A stretch of 64,000 bases of DNA from an uncultured archaeon (GTDB taxonomy: Archaea > Asgardarchaeota > Lokiarchaeia > Sigyniarchaeales > SOKP01), in assembly GCA_964388035.1 (NCBI GenBank), contig CAYLZE010000004.1:1-64000 (forward strand), written 5' to 3'. Of the stretch, positions 42,765 to 51,984 are shown one piece after another (within the stretch, counting starts at the first letter, position 1; every line of letters starts with the position of its first letter). The notes under the pieces are model-generated. The model ran no database searches, was not told the DNA's origin, and worked only from the letters and a program-made list of their open reading frames with translations. A program made the position numbers and the translations under genes.

Positions 42765-43316
42765 ATGGAAGAAAAAAATAAAAGTAAAGAAATAGGAAAA
42801 TCTAATCTCGATTTTAAAATGATGTCGTTCATGTTTAAAATAAGGGATTTTTTCAAATCCCCAATAGGAAAGATTGAAAAAGCGGGGATTAAATCTGGAG
42901 ATATAGTTCTAGATTATGGTTGTGGGCCGGGAAGCTATTCAATTGCTGCTGCAGAACGTGTGGGGGTATTGGGCAAAGTATATGCTGCAGATATTCATCC
43001 GCTTGCCATAAAAGAAGTAGAAGAAAAAGCTAAGAAAAAGAAGCTTACCAATATTGAAACGATTAGAACCGATTGTAACACTAATATAGCAGCCAATTCT
43101 GTTGACATAGTTACTTGCTTCGATGTAATGCATGGATTGAGTAATTCAAGTGATGTCCTGAAAGAGTTTCATAGAGTATTGAAACCCGGGGCAAGATTAT
43201 CGCTTGACGACCATCATTACACGGAATCGGAAATCATTTCAAAGGTTACTCAGAATGGATGGTTCAAGGTGGGAACTGCTCAAGATGGATTTATTAATTT
43301 CATAAAAATAGAATAA
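42765..43316 (+). CDS. Class I SAM-dependent methyltransferase
   Basis: VLDYGCGPG, YAADIH, EFHRVLKPGA. Confidence 0.92.
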   Translation: MEEKNKSKEIGKSNLDFKMMSFMFKIRDFFKSPIGKIEKAGIKSGDIVLDYGCGPGSYSIAAAERVGVLGKVYAADIHPLAIKEVEEKAKKKKLTNIETIRTDCNTNIAANSVDIVTCFDVMHGLSNSSDVLKEFHRVLKPGARLSLDDHHYTESEIISKVTQNGWFKVGTAQDGFINFIKIE

Positions 43317-43357
43317 AAAATTTTTAATTACAAAAAAGAATAATTGAGGGGAAATTT

Positions 43358-44122
43358 ATGGAAGAAAAGCCTAAATATGGTTGGTATGTCAAGAGTCTTA
43401 TCGTGACATTCATTCCAATTGGACTGGTAGGTCTTCTGTTATTAATTTTTGGCATTATCATTAGAGCAATCATTGGATTACTTTTAATCATTGGGGGAGC
43501 AGCTCTTATCGTATTCTTTTTATGGCCTGGTCTTGGAATGATGGCTTTAAATCTGAGTCTTAAGGAAGCTTTTGACATGACTTCAAGAATGCCTGCATTA
43601 CGTGAAATTAAATCTCCGGAGATATTGGATGTAGGATGTGGTACGGGACGTACCGCCCTTAAAATTGCTAAGTCCTTAAAGAATGGAGGACATTTATATG
43701 GAATCGATATCTATGAAAAGATGGCTATATCAGGAAATGCATTAGATACCATCTTAAAAAATGCCGAGTTAGAAGGAGTACAAGAAAAAACCACCTTTCA
43801 ATTTGGTTCAGCCACCGAAATTCCATTTGAAGATTCAAGATTTGATATTGTTAATCTATCTTCTGTCCTTCATGAAGTCCATAATGATGAAGAAAAAATT
43901 AAGGCATTAAAGGAAATCTATAGGGTTTTAAAACCTGAAGGATATTTATATATAGGTGAATGGAATAGAATTGCTTGGCAGACATTCATATTCACGGGCA
44001 TCTTCATGCTTGTTTTTAAAAGTAATCGATATTGGCGAGATTTATTTGCAAATCAAGGTTTTAAAATTCTAAGTTATAACAATGTGAACGGTTATGGAAT
44101 ATTCGAGATGAAAAAAGTCTAA
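43358..44122 (+). CDS. Membrane-anchored class I SAM-dependent methyltransferase
   Basis: Two N-terminal TMs; ILDVGCGTG, IPFEDSRFD, EIYRVLKPEG. Confidence 0.9.
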   Translation: MEEKPKYGWYVKSLIVTFIPIGLVGLLLLIFGIIIRAIIGLLLIIGGAALIVFFLWPGLGMMALNLSLKEAFDMTSRMPALREIKSPEILDVGCGTGRTALKIAKSLKNGGHLYGIDIYEKMAISGNALDTILKNAELEGVQEKTTFQFGSATEIPFEDSRFDIVNLSSVLHEVHNDEEKIKALKEIYRVLKPEGYLYIGEWNRIAWQTFIFTGIFMLVFKSNRYWRDLFANQGFKILSYNNVNGYGIFEMKKV

Positions 44123-44305
44123 TATAATACAAGATTTTTTTAATTGTAATTTAACTCTTAATTTTTTGTTTCTTTGCATCATGATTACTTGTTTGAACAT
44201 GCTCTCTTTAAGTAATCACTAGTTTGTTAGAATACTCTCACTATTCCGAAAAATAAAAATTAAAAGTATAAGGATTTATGCTAATTAATGAATTATATCT
44301 TTAAA

Positions 44306-44337
44306 ATGATTTTTATGAATTACATAACAAAAATGAA
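44306..44337 (+). promoter_or_regulatory. Second copy of the 9-bp-period ATGA array (candidate operator)
   Basis: atgatttttatgaattacataacaaaaatgaa. Confidence 0.55.
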
Positions 44338-44609
44338 AAAGTGCAGCTAATAAACCATTTATTAAATTTCTAATCAAGAGCTTATTGTTCTCCTCTGGAC
44401 AAGCATACATGAAAAAGATAAGTTTTAATATAAATGATGACTATTAATTATATTAATACAATGTTTAAAATATTCTATTTCTTAAACATAAAATCTTAGT
44501 ATCAATATTCTATTAAAAAATAGAGAACGTCTATTACTTATTATTTTTGTATAGAAAAAATATGATAATTTCCCAAATATAGATTAATATTAGGGTAAAG
44601 GTATTAAAT

Positions 44610-45545
44610 ATGGAAAAAATATTTCAACAAAATTTAGAATCCGGTAATGAAACTCCAAATGATGAGAACAAAATAAGTCTAATCCAAATCCCCCAAATGG
44701 AAGTAATGGAGGAACCCTTGTCGGTAATTGAAGCTACTATCTTGTCTTATGAAAAGGAAAAGCATTTATTTTACAATTTACCGAAATACTACGATATGGC
44801 CTTTGATAGAGATTTTGATAGTGATATTGAATTTTTCGAAAGATGCTTTCGGGAGTATTCAGAAGTGGAAGTCCATCGAATATTAGAAGCGGCATGTGGA
44901 ACGGGAATGTTCATGGAAAATTTACCAAGATATGGCTATCAAGCAGTAGGTTATGACCTTAGTGATGCAATGGTGGAATATTCTAAATTAAGATTACAAA
45001 AGGTCGGTCTGAATACGAAACAAGCGGATGCGGTTTTAGGAAACATGAAAAACAAGCTATTTGATGAAAAATTCGATGCAGCTCTTGTATGTATTAATAG
45101 TTTAGGATATCTTACCAAAGAAAACGATATAATCTCCCATTTTGAGGTCATGGCTCGAAATGTCAAAAAAGGCGGGCTATACATCGTTGAAATCAGTTGC
45201 ATGTGTAATGATCTTGCAAATGAAAAAAGAGCTGATGAGCGATGGCTCATTGAAAAAGAGGGAATAAAATTAGAATTGTCATGGAACCCTTGCTCTTATG
45301 ATGTTCCCAACCGCATTCGACACGTGGAGTTTCAAATGCTAATTAATGATCATGGAAACATGATGGAAGTAAAAGAGGACCATGAGTTGCGATTATGGCT
45401 GTATGATGAGTTTAAGCAATTCCTATCTCATGGTGGATTTGAAATAATGGCTATCTATAATCAAAAGTATGAAAATATACCCCTTGATGCACCCATCACG
45501 GGAGAATTGGGCGTTCTTTTTTACGTGTTAAAAGAAACGAAATAA
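44610..45545 (+). CDS. Class I SAM-dependent methyltransferase
   Basis: YYDMAF, ILEAACGTG, GYDLSDAM, KKGGLYIVE. Confidence 0.9.
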   Translation: MEKIFQQNLESGNETPNDENKISLIQIPQMEVMEEPLSVIEATILSYEKEKHLFYNLPKYYDMAFDRDFDSDIEFFERCFREYSEVEVHRILEAACGTGMFMENLPRYGYQAVGYDLSDAMVEYSKLRLQKVGLNTKQADAVLGNMKNKLFDEKFDAALVCINSLGYLTKENDIISHFEVMARNVKKGGLYIVEISCMCNDLANEKRADERWLIEKEGIKLELSWNPCSYDVPNRIRHVEFQMLINDHGNMMEVKEDHELRLWLYDEFKQFLSHGGFEIMAIYNQKYENIPLDAPITGELGVLFYVLKETK

Positions 45546-45711
45546 TAAAGGAGATTTTAGTTTTCTTTCGTTTAATTTTAACATCTTATTATATAAAAGT
45601 TAATATTGCATTTTTATTTCAAGATTTTTACGATCTACTTTTATATATCTTTAGATCAATGTAAAATATATTGAAAATCTTAATAAAAAGAAATGAATTG
45701 AATTGCATGCA

Positions 45712-46656
45712 ATGAACAATGAAGTAAAATTGAAATCAAATTATCAAAAAGAACTTTCCTTGGCAATTAAAATTGTTAAAAATTCTGCCAGAATCACAGA
45801 ATGGTTCCGATTGCGTGGTTATAATTCTTTTACTAAGAAAGATAATTCTCCCGTTACTCTTGCAGACTTTGCGGTTCAAATTTATGTCATTTCCTTACTT
45901 AAAGAGAATTTCGGGGGAGATCAGGTCATTGCAGAAGAAAATGGAACATTCCTAAAAGAAACGGATGAAAATGCATTGGAGGAGTGCTTTTCAGAATTAG
46001 ATATTTCTCTCTCATCAAATTATAGAGATCTCTTGAATTATCGCGGAAAAACGTCTAACCGCACGTGGACCATTGATCCCATAGATGGGACGAAAGGGTT
46101 CATGGAAAATCTTTATTATGCCATTGGCATGTGTTTTTTAATTAATGATCAACCTCAAATTAGTGCCATCTCTATTCCTGATTACGATTCGGCGGGATTA
46201 GCAATATTTATAGCAGAAAAAAATTTGGGAACGAAAATGTCGCAGGACGGAAAAGAATTTAAATCCGTCCACGTGAGTACTCAAAGTGTTCTTGAAAATG
46301 CATCCTTGATTCATTCTTTACATTTTGATAAACCCTGGGTCATTCACTTTGCAGACGCTGCACGAGTGAAAAAAAGAACTCAAGCAGATTCCATGATGAA
46401 GTTTTGCTTGGTGGCTGATGGGAGCTATGATCTCTACCTTAAACCCGTGGATGATCATCATTGTTCCATTTGGGATTATGCTCCCGGCTATTTGACCATT
46501 ATGGAAGCAGGAGGTAAAATGACGGATCTTAATGGAGACCCTATCACCTTTCATGACACGAAATTAATAAGCGGCACGCATGGTTTTTTAGTATCAAATT
46601 CGATATTGCACGATAAGGCTCTTGAAATTTTTAAAAAAAATCAATTTAATATCTAA
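45712..46656 (+). CDS. Inositol monophosphatase family, HAL2/CysQ-like 3'(2'),5'-bisphosphate nucleotidase
   Basis: KKDNSPVTLADFAVQ, IAEE, WTIDPIDGTKGF, IWDYAPG..EAGG. Confidence 0.85.
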   Translation: MNNEVKLKSNYQKELSLAIKIVKNSARITEWFRLRGYNSFTKKDNSPVTLADFAVQIYVISLLKENFGGDQVIAEENGTFLKETDENALEECFSELDISLSSNYRDLLNYRGKTSNRTWTIDPIDGTKGFMENLYYAIGMCFLINDQPQISAISIPDYDSAGLAIFIAEKNLGTKMSQDGKEFKSVHVSTQSVLENASLIHSLHFDKPWVIHFADAARVKKRTQADSMMKFCLVADGSYDLYLKPVDDHHCSIWDYAPGYLTIMEAGGKMTDLNGDPITFHDTKLISGTHGFLVSNSILHDKALEIFKKNQFNI

Positions 46657-46659
46657 TCA

Positions 46660-47532
46660 TTATCGACCCTTAAATTCATATTGCTTATCTTGCTTTTTTC
46701 CCTTAAAAATCATCCACTTCAAGATTTCCAAACCTTCTCTCTTATTTCCGATCCCATTAATCTCTAAATATTTCTTTAAATTTCCTCGAATTTTTTTCTT
46801 CAAATTCTGATAATTTGAATATATCCTTTCGAAGGCATCAATAGTCTGGGCCTTCTCCACCTCCAGAATCGCATCAGAGAGTCTTTTGACAATTTCATTT
46901 AACATCTGCTCGCCTTTTTCAGCAGTCGAATGAGTTTTCGGGTCTATACCCCATACTCCATGCCTTATAGTCCTCTCGGGATAACTCAATCCATCGGGAA
47001 GATAATCTAAATTCACTTGATTTTTATTGATGGCCATCATCATGGAGGTCTCCCAGTAGGCAGCATGATCTCCAAAATAGTCCCGGTCGGGAATTAATTT
47101 CTGTTCCGGAATCCCTAACGCAAAACAATCAGCATGCTTTCTAGAAATCATCTTAGCTGCTCTCATGACCTGGTTGATTTGGCTGTCAGGGTAATGACCT
47201 GTTAATAGAATTATTATCCGAAAACCCATTTTATACAACTGTTTTACAAGTTTCTTGGTGTTTCTTATTAACGCGCGTTTCGGGAAATGAAAGGTGAAGG
47301 GAAAATTCATCGTATCGAATGCACAATAATTAACACAAGGAAATAATACCCCTCCCGTGATTTCTGCAGATCTTCTGCAAATCTCCTCTGCTTTTATGCT
47401 ATCCACACCTAACACCATGTGGTCTCCATGCCATTCCAGAGCACCAAATGGGATGTATGCAATGGCATGTTCTTCAAGGATCGCTTCAATCTCGCTCGGA
47501 AATGACTCCATGTACTTTATATACTTTTTCAT
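46660..47532 (-). CDS. Creatininase family amidohydrolase
   Basis: GALEWHGDHMVLGVD, LTGHY, GDHAAYWETS. Confidence 0.88.
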   Translation of the reverse strand: MKKYIKYMESFPSEIEAILEEHAIAYIPFGALEWHGDHMVLGVDSIKAEEICRRSAEITGGVLFPCVNYCAFDTMNFPFTFHFPKRALIRNTKKLVKQLYKMGFRIIILLTGHYPDSQINQVMRAAKMISRKHADCFALGIPEQKLIPDRDYFGDHAAYWETSMMMAINKNQVNLDYLPDGLSYPERTIRHGVWGIDPKTHSTAEKGEQMLNEIVKRLSDAILEVEKAQTIDAFERIYSNYQNLKKKIRGNLKKYLEINGIGNKREGLEILKWMIFKGKKQDKQYEFKGR

Positions 47533-47674
47533 GGCAAAATCGATTTTTTAAAGTTAATTACCATCTTATTTATATATAATATGTTCACCTTTAGTCCTAT
47601 AAATCTTTATATTTGCCAAAGTTCTAATGAAAAACTATTTGTATTATTAAAAAACCTAAGTTAAAGCGGATCTA

Positions 47675-48220
47675 ATGAAAAAAACGCACACATCAGCAAT
47701 AGTCATTATCCCACCAAAAGATAAATGGACTCAGATTCAGAAAATTAGAAAAGAATATGACTCCCAATTCAATCGATGGATGCCCCACATCAATCTTATC
47801 TATCCTTTTATCTTTTATAATGATTTTCTAAAGTTGCGTGAAACTTTTATAACTCTCGGTACTAAAATGAAAGATTTTGATATTTCTTTAAACGATTTGA
47901 AATATTTTAACCACGGACATCAAAAATTTATCCTATGGCTTGATCCAGAACCTGAAGAGCCAATTATCGAGTTGCAGCGAAAACTTCTGACAATCATTCC
48001 AGAATGCAATGATTTAAATCGATTTAAAGGAGGCTATCAACCGCATTTGAGTGTTGGACAAGTGAAAAATAACGAGAATTTAAAGAGAGTACTTGAAACC
48101 CTCCAATCTAATTGGCAACCGATTAAATTTAGTATCGAAAGTATCTTTATTATTGAACGAGATCAAGAAAGTACCGCTTCCTTTAAGATCAAGGACGAAA
48201 TTACTTTTAGAGAATCATGA
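47675..48220 (+). CDS. 2H phosphoesterase (2'-5' RNA ligase family)
   Basis: RWMPHINLIYPF and YQPHLSVGQ, two Hx(T/S)-like motifs. Confidence 0.85.
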   Translation: MKKTHTSAIVIIPPKDKWTQIQKIRKEYDSQFNRWMPHINLIYPFIFYNDFLKLRETFITLGTKMKDFDISLNDLKYFNHGHQKFILWLDPEPEEPIIELQRKLLTIIPECNDLNRFKGGYQPHLSVGQVKNNENLKRVLETLQSNWQPIKFSIESIFIIERDQESTASFKIKDEITFRES

Positions 48221-48244
48221 CTAAAAAAGCAATTTTTCATGTGG

Positions 48245-49255
48245 CTAAAAAGAATTTGCTAACTCAAAAAGGTCCGAATAAATTTTAAGACAATCTCTCT
48301 TGTATCGCTTGGCTGCTAAACGACTCTTATTTCTCCAAATATTAATAGGAATGTATTTTTGATGCTCGTATAATAAATAAAATAAATCGCGAATTTTTGA
48401 GTTTAAGGTGTTTTCTCTAGGTATTCCATATCCTTCCCAGAAGGATGGTTGCGACATTCCGCAATAATCTAAAACAGCAAATTCTATTTCTGGATCTCCC
48501 CACAATGCACGATCCCAATCTAAAATACCTGTTATTCCTGCCTTCTTATTTACTAAAATATTTTGTACCCATATATCCATGTGCAATAAGCACGAAGGTA
48601 TTTCCTCCCTTTCCAAAAAACAAACTTCAGCTTTTCTTAAAACTTCCTTGAACTTTATGCATTCTTCTTCAGAGTAGATACCACAAGCAAGCACATCATC
48701 AATCATTTTATTCCACATTATTGTAAATGCGTCATACCATGTACTTTGTGGTTCCATCGGATGGTGCTCTCCTAAATATCCATATTGCGATGCTTGAATT
48801 CCGTGCACTTGCTTCAGATACTTCCCCAACGTCTTTAATATGTTCCGCCTCATGTTACTATTTAACCAAGAAGCATCACTCATTGCAATTCCCGGGAGCT
48901 TTTCCATTATCAAATAATCTCGATTAATTAACGTTCTGCTATTATCATAAACATAAATCTTGGGTACAGGAACAGAGGTGCGCTCAAGCACAACATTGTG
49001 AATGCTGGGCTCTTGAGCCATCATTCTCTTCTCATAAAAAAGAAGCCCCGTATCTTCCGGTGGAGCAATGCGTATGATCATTTCTTGTCTATCAATGGGA
49101 ATGGAATTTACCTCATCGATATTATGAGGAAATTTCACTATAAATGTATCATTAAAAAGACCCGTAGTAATCTTTACTAATCCTCCGCATTCCATTCCAG
49201 TAAATCTTAATATAACTTTTTCAATTTGCTCTATTAATTCAGGATCTTCTGTCAT
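48245..49255 (-). CDS. Aminoglycoside phosphotransferase (APH/choline kinase-like) family protein
   Basis: GLFNDTF, VPVPKI, LLHMDIWVQNILV, ILDWDRALWGDP. Confidence 0.88.
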   Translation of the reverse strand: MTEDPELIEQIEKVILRFTGMECGGLVKITTGLFNDTFIVKFPHNIDEVNSIPIDRQEMIIRIAPPEDTGLLFYEKRMMAQEPSIHNVVLERTSVPVPKIYVYDNSRTLINRDYLIMEKLPGIAMSDASWLNSNMRRNILKTLGKYLKQVHGIQASQYGYLGEHHPMEPQSTWYDAFTIMWNKMIDDVLACGIYSEEECIKFKEVLRKAEVCFLEREEIPSCLLHMDIWVQNILVNKKAGITGILDWDRALWGDPEIEFAVLDYCGMSQPSFWEGYGIPRENTLNSKIRDLFYLLYEHQKYIPINIWRNKSRLAAKRYKRDCLKIYSDLFELANSF

Positions 49256-49534
49256 CTCCCATTTTCCCCCAAAAAGCCTAATTTACTATTTTAAAAACAA
49301 AGTAAACCCATTATATAATATTAAAAAAAAGTCTAAAATTAATAGGAGATATAAGATTTGACACGTTATATTTCCTATTATAGATAAGCTAACATGTTAA
49401 TTTCCTAATTTTTTTTCGAAAATTATTTATAACTAATCTCTCTTATAATTGATAAGAATTATCATAAATCGGTAAAAATTTATAACTATAATTAAATACA
49501 ATCTATTTATTAAGTAATTATCAGTTGATTCATA

Positions 49535-50101
49535 ATGAGTAAGAACGAGAAGGACATCGTTTTTCAAGCCAAAACAGAAAATATTTTTAAAGTATTGGTG
49601 CTGGGAGACCCATCTGTAGGCAAGACCAGCTTATTAACTAAATTTACCACTAATAAATTTACATCGCAATACATTGCTACTGTTGGAACTAATATCGTTA
49701 AGGAAGTTGTCGATATCAATATAAAAGGGAGAGATGTGCGCGTTAATTTGATGATTTGGGACATTGCAGGGCAACCTCAGTTCTACATGCTCCATAAGCC
49801 CTACTTCAATGGAGCTGATGCCATGCTTTTGGTTTTTGATATCACCCGCACATCTACGTTTAGTAATATAAACAACTGGTACAATACGGCCGTAAAAAAC
49901 GGATTGAGCGGCATACCCCGAATTCTTGTTGGAAATAAGATTGATTTAGAAGAAGAAAGAAAAATAAAACAACCGCATTCTCAACATCTTTCAGAAAAAT
50001 TAAACGCGGATTATTTTGAAACTTCTGCTAAAACCGGTACGAATGTGAAACCCATGTTTGAAAAAATGGCAAAGCTGTTGTTTTTGAAGTTTAATAAATA
50101 A
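49535..50101 (+). CDS. Rab/Ras-like small GTPase (eukaryotic signature protein)
   Basis: G1 GDPSVGKTS, G2 YIATVG, G3 WDIAGQ, G4 GNKID, G5 ETSAK; no C-terminal Cys. Confidence 0.95.
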   Translation: MSKNEKDIVFQAKTENIFKVLVLGDPSVGKTSLLTKFTTNKFTSQYIATVGTNIVKEVVDINIKGRDVRVNLMIWDIAGQPQFYMLHKPYFNGADAMLLVFDITRTSTFSNINNWYNTAVKNGLSGIPRILVGNKIDLEEERKIKQPHSQHLSEKLNADYFETSAKTGTNVKPMFEKMAKLLFLKFNK

Positions 50102-50163
50102 TAAGAATTTTAATAGGTAAAGATAATTATCTATATCCTCTCAAAATTATCAATATACATGAG

Positions 50164-50763
50164 TTATAATAATTTACTTCTCCAAGCATCAATTTTTTCT
50201 TGAAGATTTTTTATGAACTCTTCCGATAATTTTTCTTCTGATTTGAGCTCTTGAATTACCTTATTGATTTCATAGAGCATTTTATGCCCTCCGGTATATT
50301 CAAAAATCTTTTCTTTTAAATTTTCTAATCTACTCTTCAATTCTTCGGCTGATAAATTGTTCAATTCCAATCTTATTTCATGGAATTGATTTAAAATGGG
50401 TCCTTTTGCTCCTATTTCCGAGACTTTCTGGTCTAATTGTTCATTTCGATTTTTCTGCATGGTTGGGGAAAAAGTAGATTTTTGAATGAGAGTTTTCATG
50501 AGATCAAGTTCTGATTCAATATATTTTTGATTTTCGATGATATTATTTAATTGAGGGGCCAACCCTTTTATTTGAATAGTGGCCTTATTCAACTCATCAA
50601 TTTTATCCGTGAGCATGTGGAGTTTCGAATTCTGTTGTCCGATTTTGGTGATTAAATCTAACCCGAATTTTTCAAGAATGGAAGAAAAGCTCTCCATCTT
50701 GTTCGTTAATGAAGTTATTTCATCTTGAAGGGTTTTCTTATCCATTTGATTTTTCTCTGGCAT
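50164..50763 (-). CDS. Coiled-coil/helical-bundle protein of unknown function
   Basis: Long heptad-rich N-terminal half, linker, C-terminal helical bundle (FEYTGGHKMLYEI); start uncertain. Confidence 0.75.
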   Translation of the reverse strand: MPEKNQMDKKTLQDEITSLTNKMESFSSILEKFGLDLITKIGQQNSKLHMLTDKIDELNKATIQIKGLAPQLNNIIENQKYIESELDLMKTLIQKSTFSPTMQKNRNEQLDQKVSEIGAKGPILNQFHEIRLELNNLSAEELKSRLENLKEKIFEYTGGHKMLYEINKVIQELKSEEKLSEEFIKNLQEKIDAWRSKLL

Positions 50764-50945
50764 GCTATATCTTCCATTCAATGAAGATGGTACTTTAGAA
50801 TAAATTTATTAAGAAAATTCGATGATAAAAAGTTATATTAATAATAAATATATTAATAAATTAATATTTGCAAGATAAAAATAATTGCATCTGAGAAAAG
50901 CTAATATTATTTAGTTGAAAAATCTCCTAGTCATTTTGAAAAGAG

Positions 50946-51848
50946 GTGGTTAAATTCATAGAATATATCAATATTCTCACTAAAGATGGAAAATCGTTAT
51001 TATTCCGGAATTATGGGGATACTGAAATCGATAGAGATTTACTGGCAGGCTTTTTAAGTGCTTTTTCAGGATTCATGAAAGAAATCAGTCAATCCGATAT
51101 TAAATCTACAAATACAGAAGATTTTAAATATTTTTATACCATTATCAAAAGCATTATCATCGTGGTTTGTACGGATTTGACCGATGAGGATGATCAGGTA
51201 AATTCAAAAATAAACATGATCAAAGGTAAATTCATGGAACAATATGGAAAAATCATAGAGGATGGCAGCTGGTCGGGAAATAGGTCAATGTTCACGGACT
51301 TTCAGAGGGAATTGGATAATATTATTCTTGGTCAGATAAAAATCTCAATTATTGGATTTGGAGGAGTAGGCAAGACCACTCTTCTTCACTTGATATGCGG
51401 AAAAGATATTAATTTAGAATACGTGCCCACTATCACGGCAGACATCACTTCTTATGAAGGAGATGAGTTGGCAAATCAAGCTGTGGTCTTCTGGGACTTT
51501 GCTGGCCAAGCAAACTTCAGGAGTTTATGGGAAAGCTTATTAGATGGAACGGATATTGCGCTATTGGTATTGGATTCGACGTATGAAAATTTGAATTCTT
51601 CAAAAGATATTTTAATTGAAATATTAGATAAATATTATAAAAATACCTTAGTTATTGGCATTGCAAATAAACAAGATTTACCAAATAGATTAACTCCCGA
51701 ATTTTGTGAAAAAATTTTATCTTCCACGGACAGGTATCCACCGATCTCCGTCTTTGGGATGATTGCCATTAATCCCAATTATCGGGAAAAAATATTAAGC
51801 CTTTTAAGAGAAGCTATAAAACAAATCAAAATCAAGAACTTGTCGTAA
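50946..51848 (+). CDS. Longin domain-small GTPase fusion protein
   Basis: N-term YINILTKDGKSLLFRNY...DLLAGFLSAFSGFMKEI (longin-like); GFGGVGKTT, YVPTI, WDFAGQ, ANKQD; real start may be ATA at 50958. Confidence 0.9.
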   Translation: MVKFIEYINILTKDGKSLLFRNYGDTEIDRDLLAGFLSAFSGFMKEISQSDIKSTNTEDFKYFYTIIKSIIIVVCTDLTDEDDQVNSKINMIKGKFMEQYGKIIEDGSWSGNRSMFTDFQRELDNIILGQIKISIIGFGGVGKTTLLHLICGKDINLEYVPTITADITSYEGDELANQAVVFWDFAGQANFRSLWESLLDGTDIALLVLDSTYENLNSSKDILIEILDKYYKNTLVIGIANKQDLPNRLTPEFCEKILSSTDRYPPISVFGMIAINPNYREKILSLLREAIKQIKIKNLS

Positions 51849-51984
51849 ATATAGAACCTTGATTTTTTCACCCTTGCTTCTAAGTAGAATGAAAATTCTT
51901 TATTTAGATTAATAGTTTTGAATAAGAAACTTTTTTTAATTTAAGACATATATCTTATTAGCTTAATATTTTGAGGTAGAATGA

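Noticed and set aside
47675-48220. 2H phosphoesterase as the dedicated ligase for the candidate intron
   Set aside because: It lies 8 kb away with no linkage evidence; archaeal splicing ligation is normally done by RtcB
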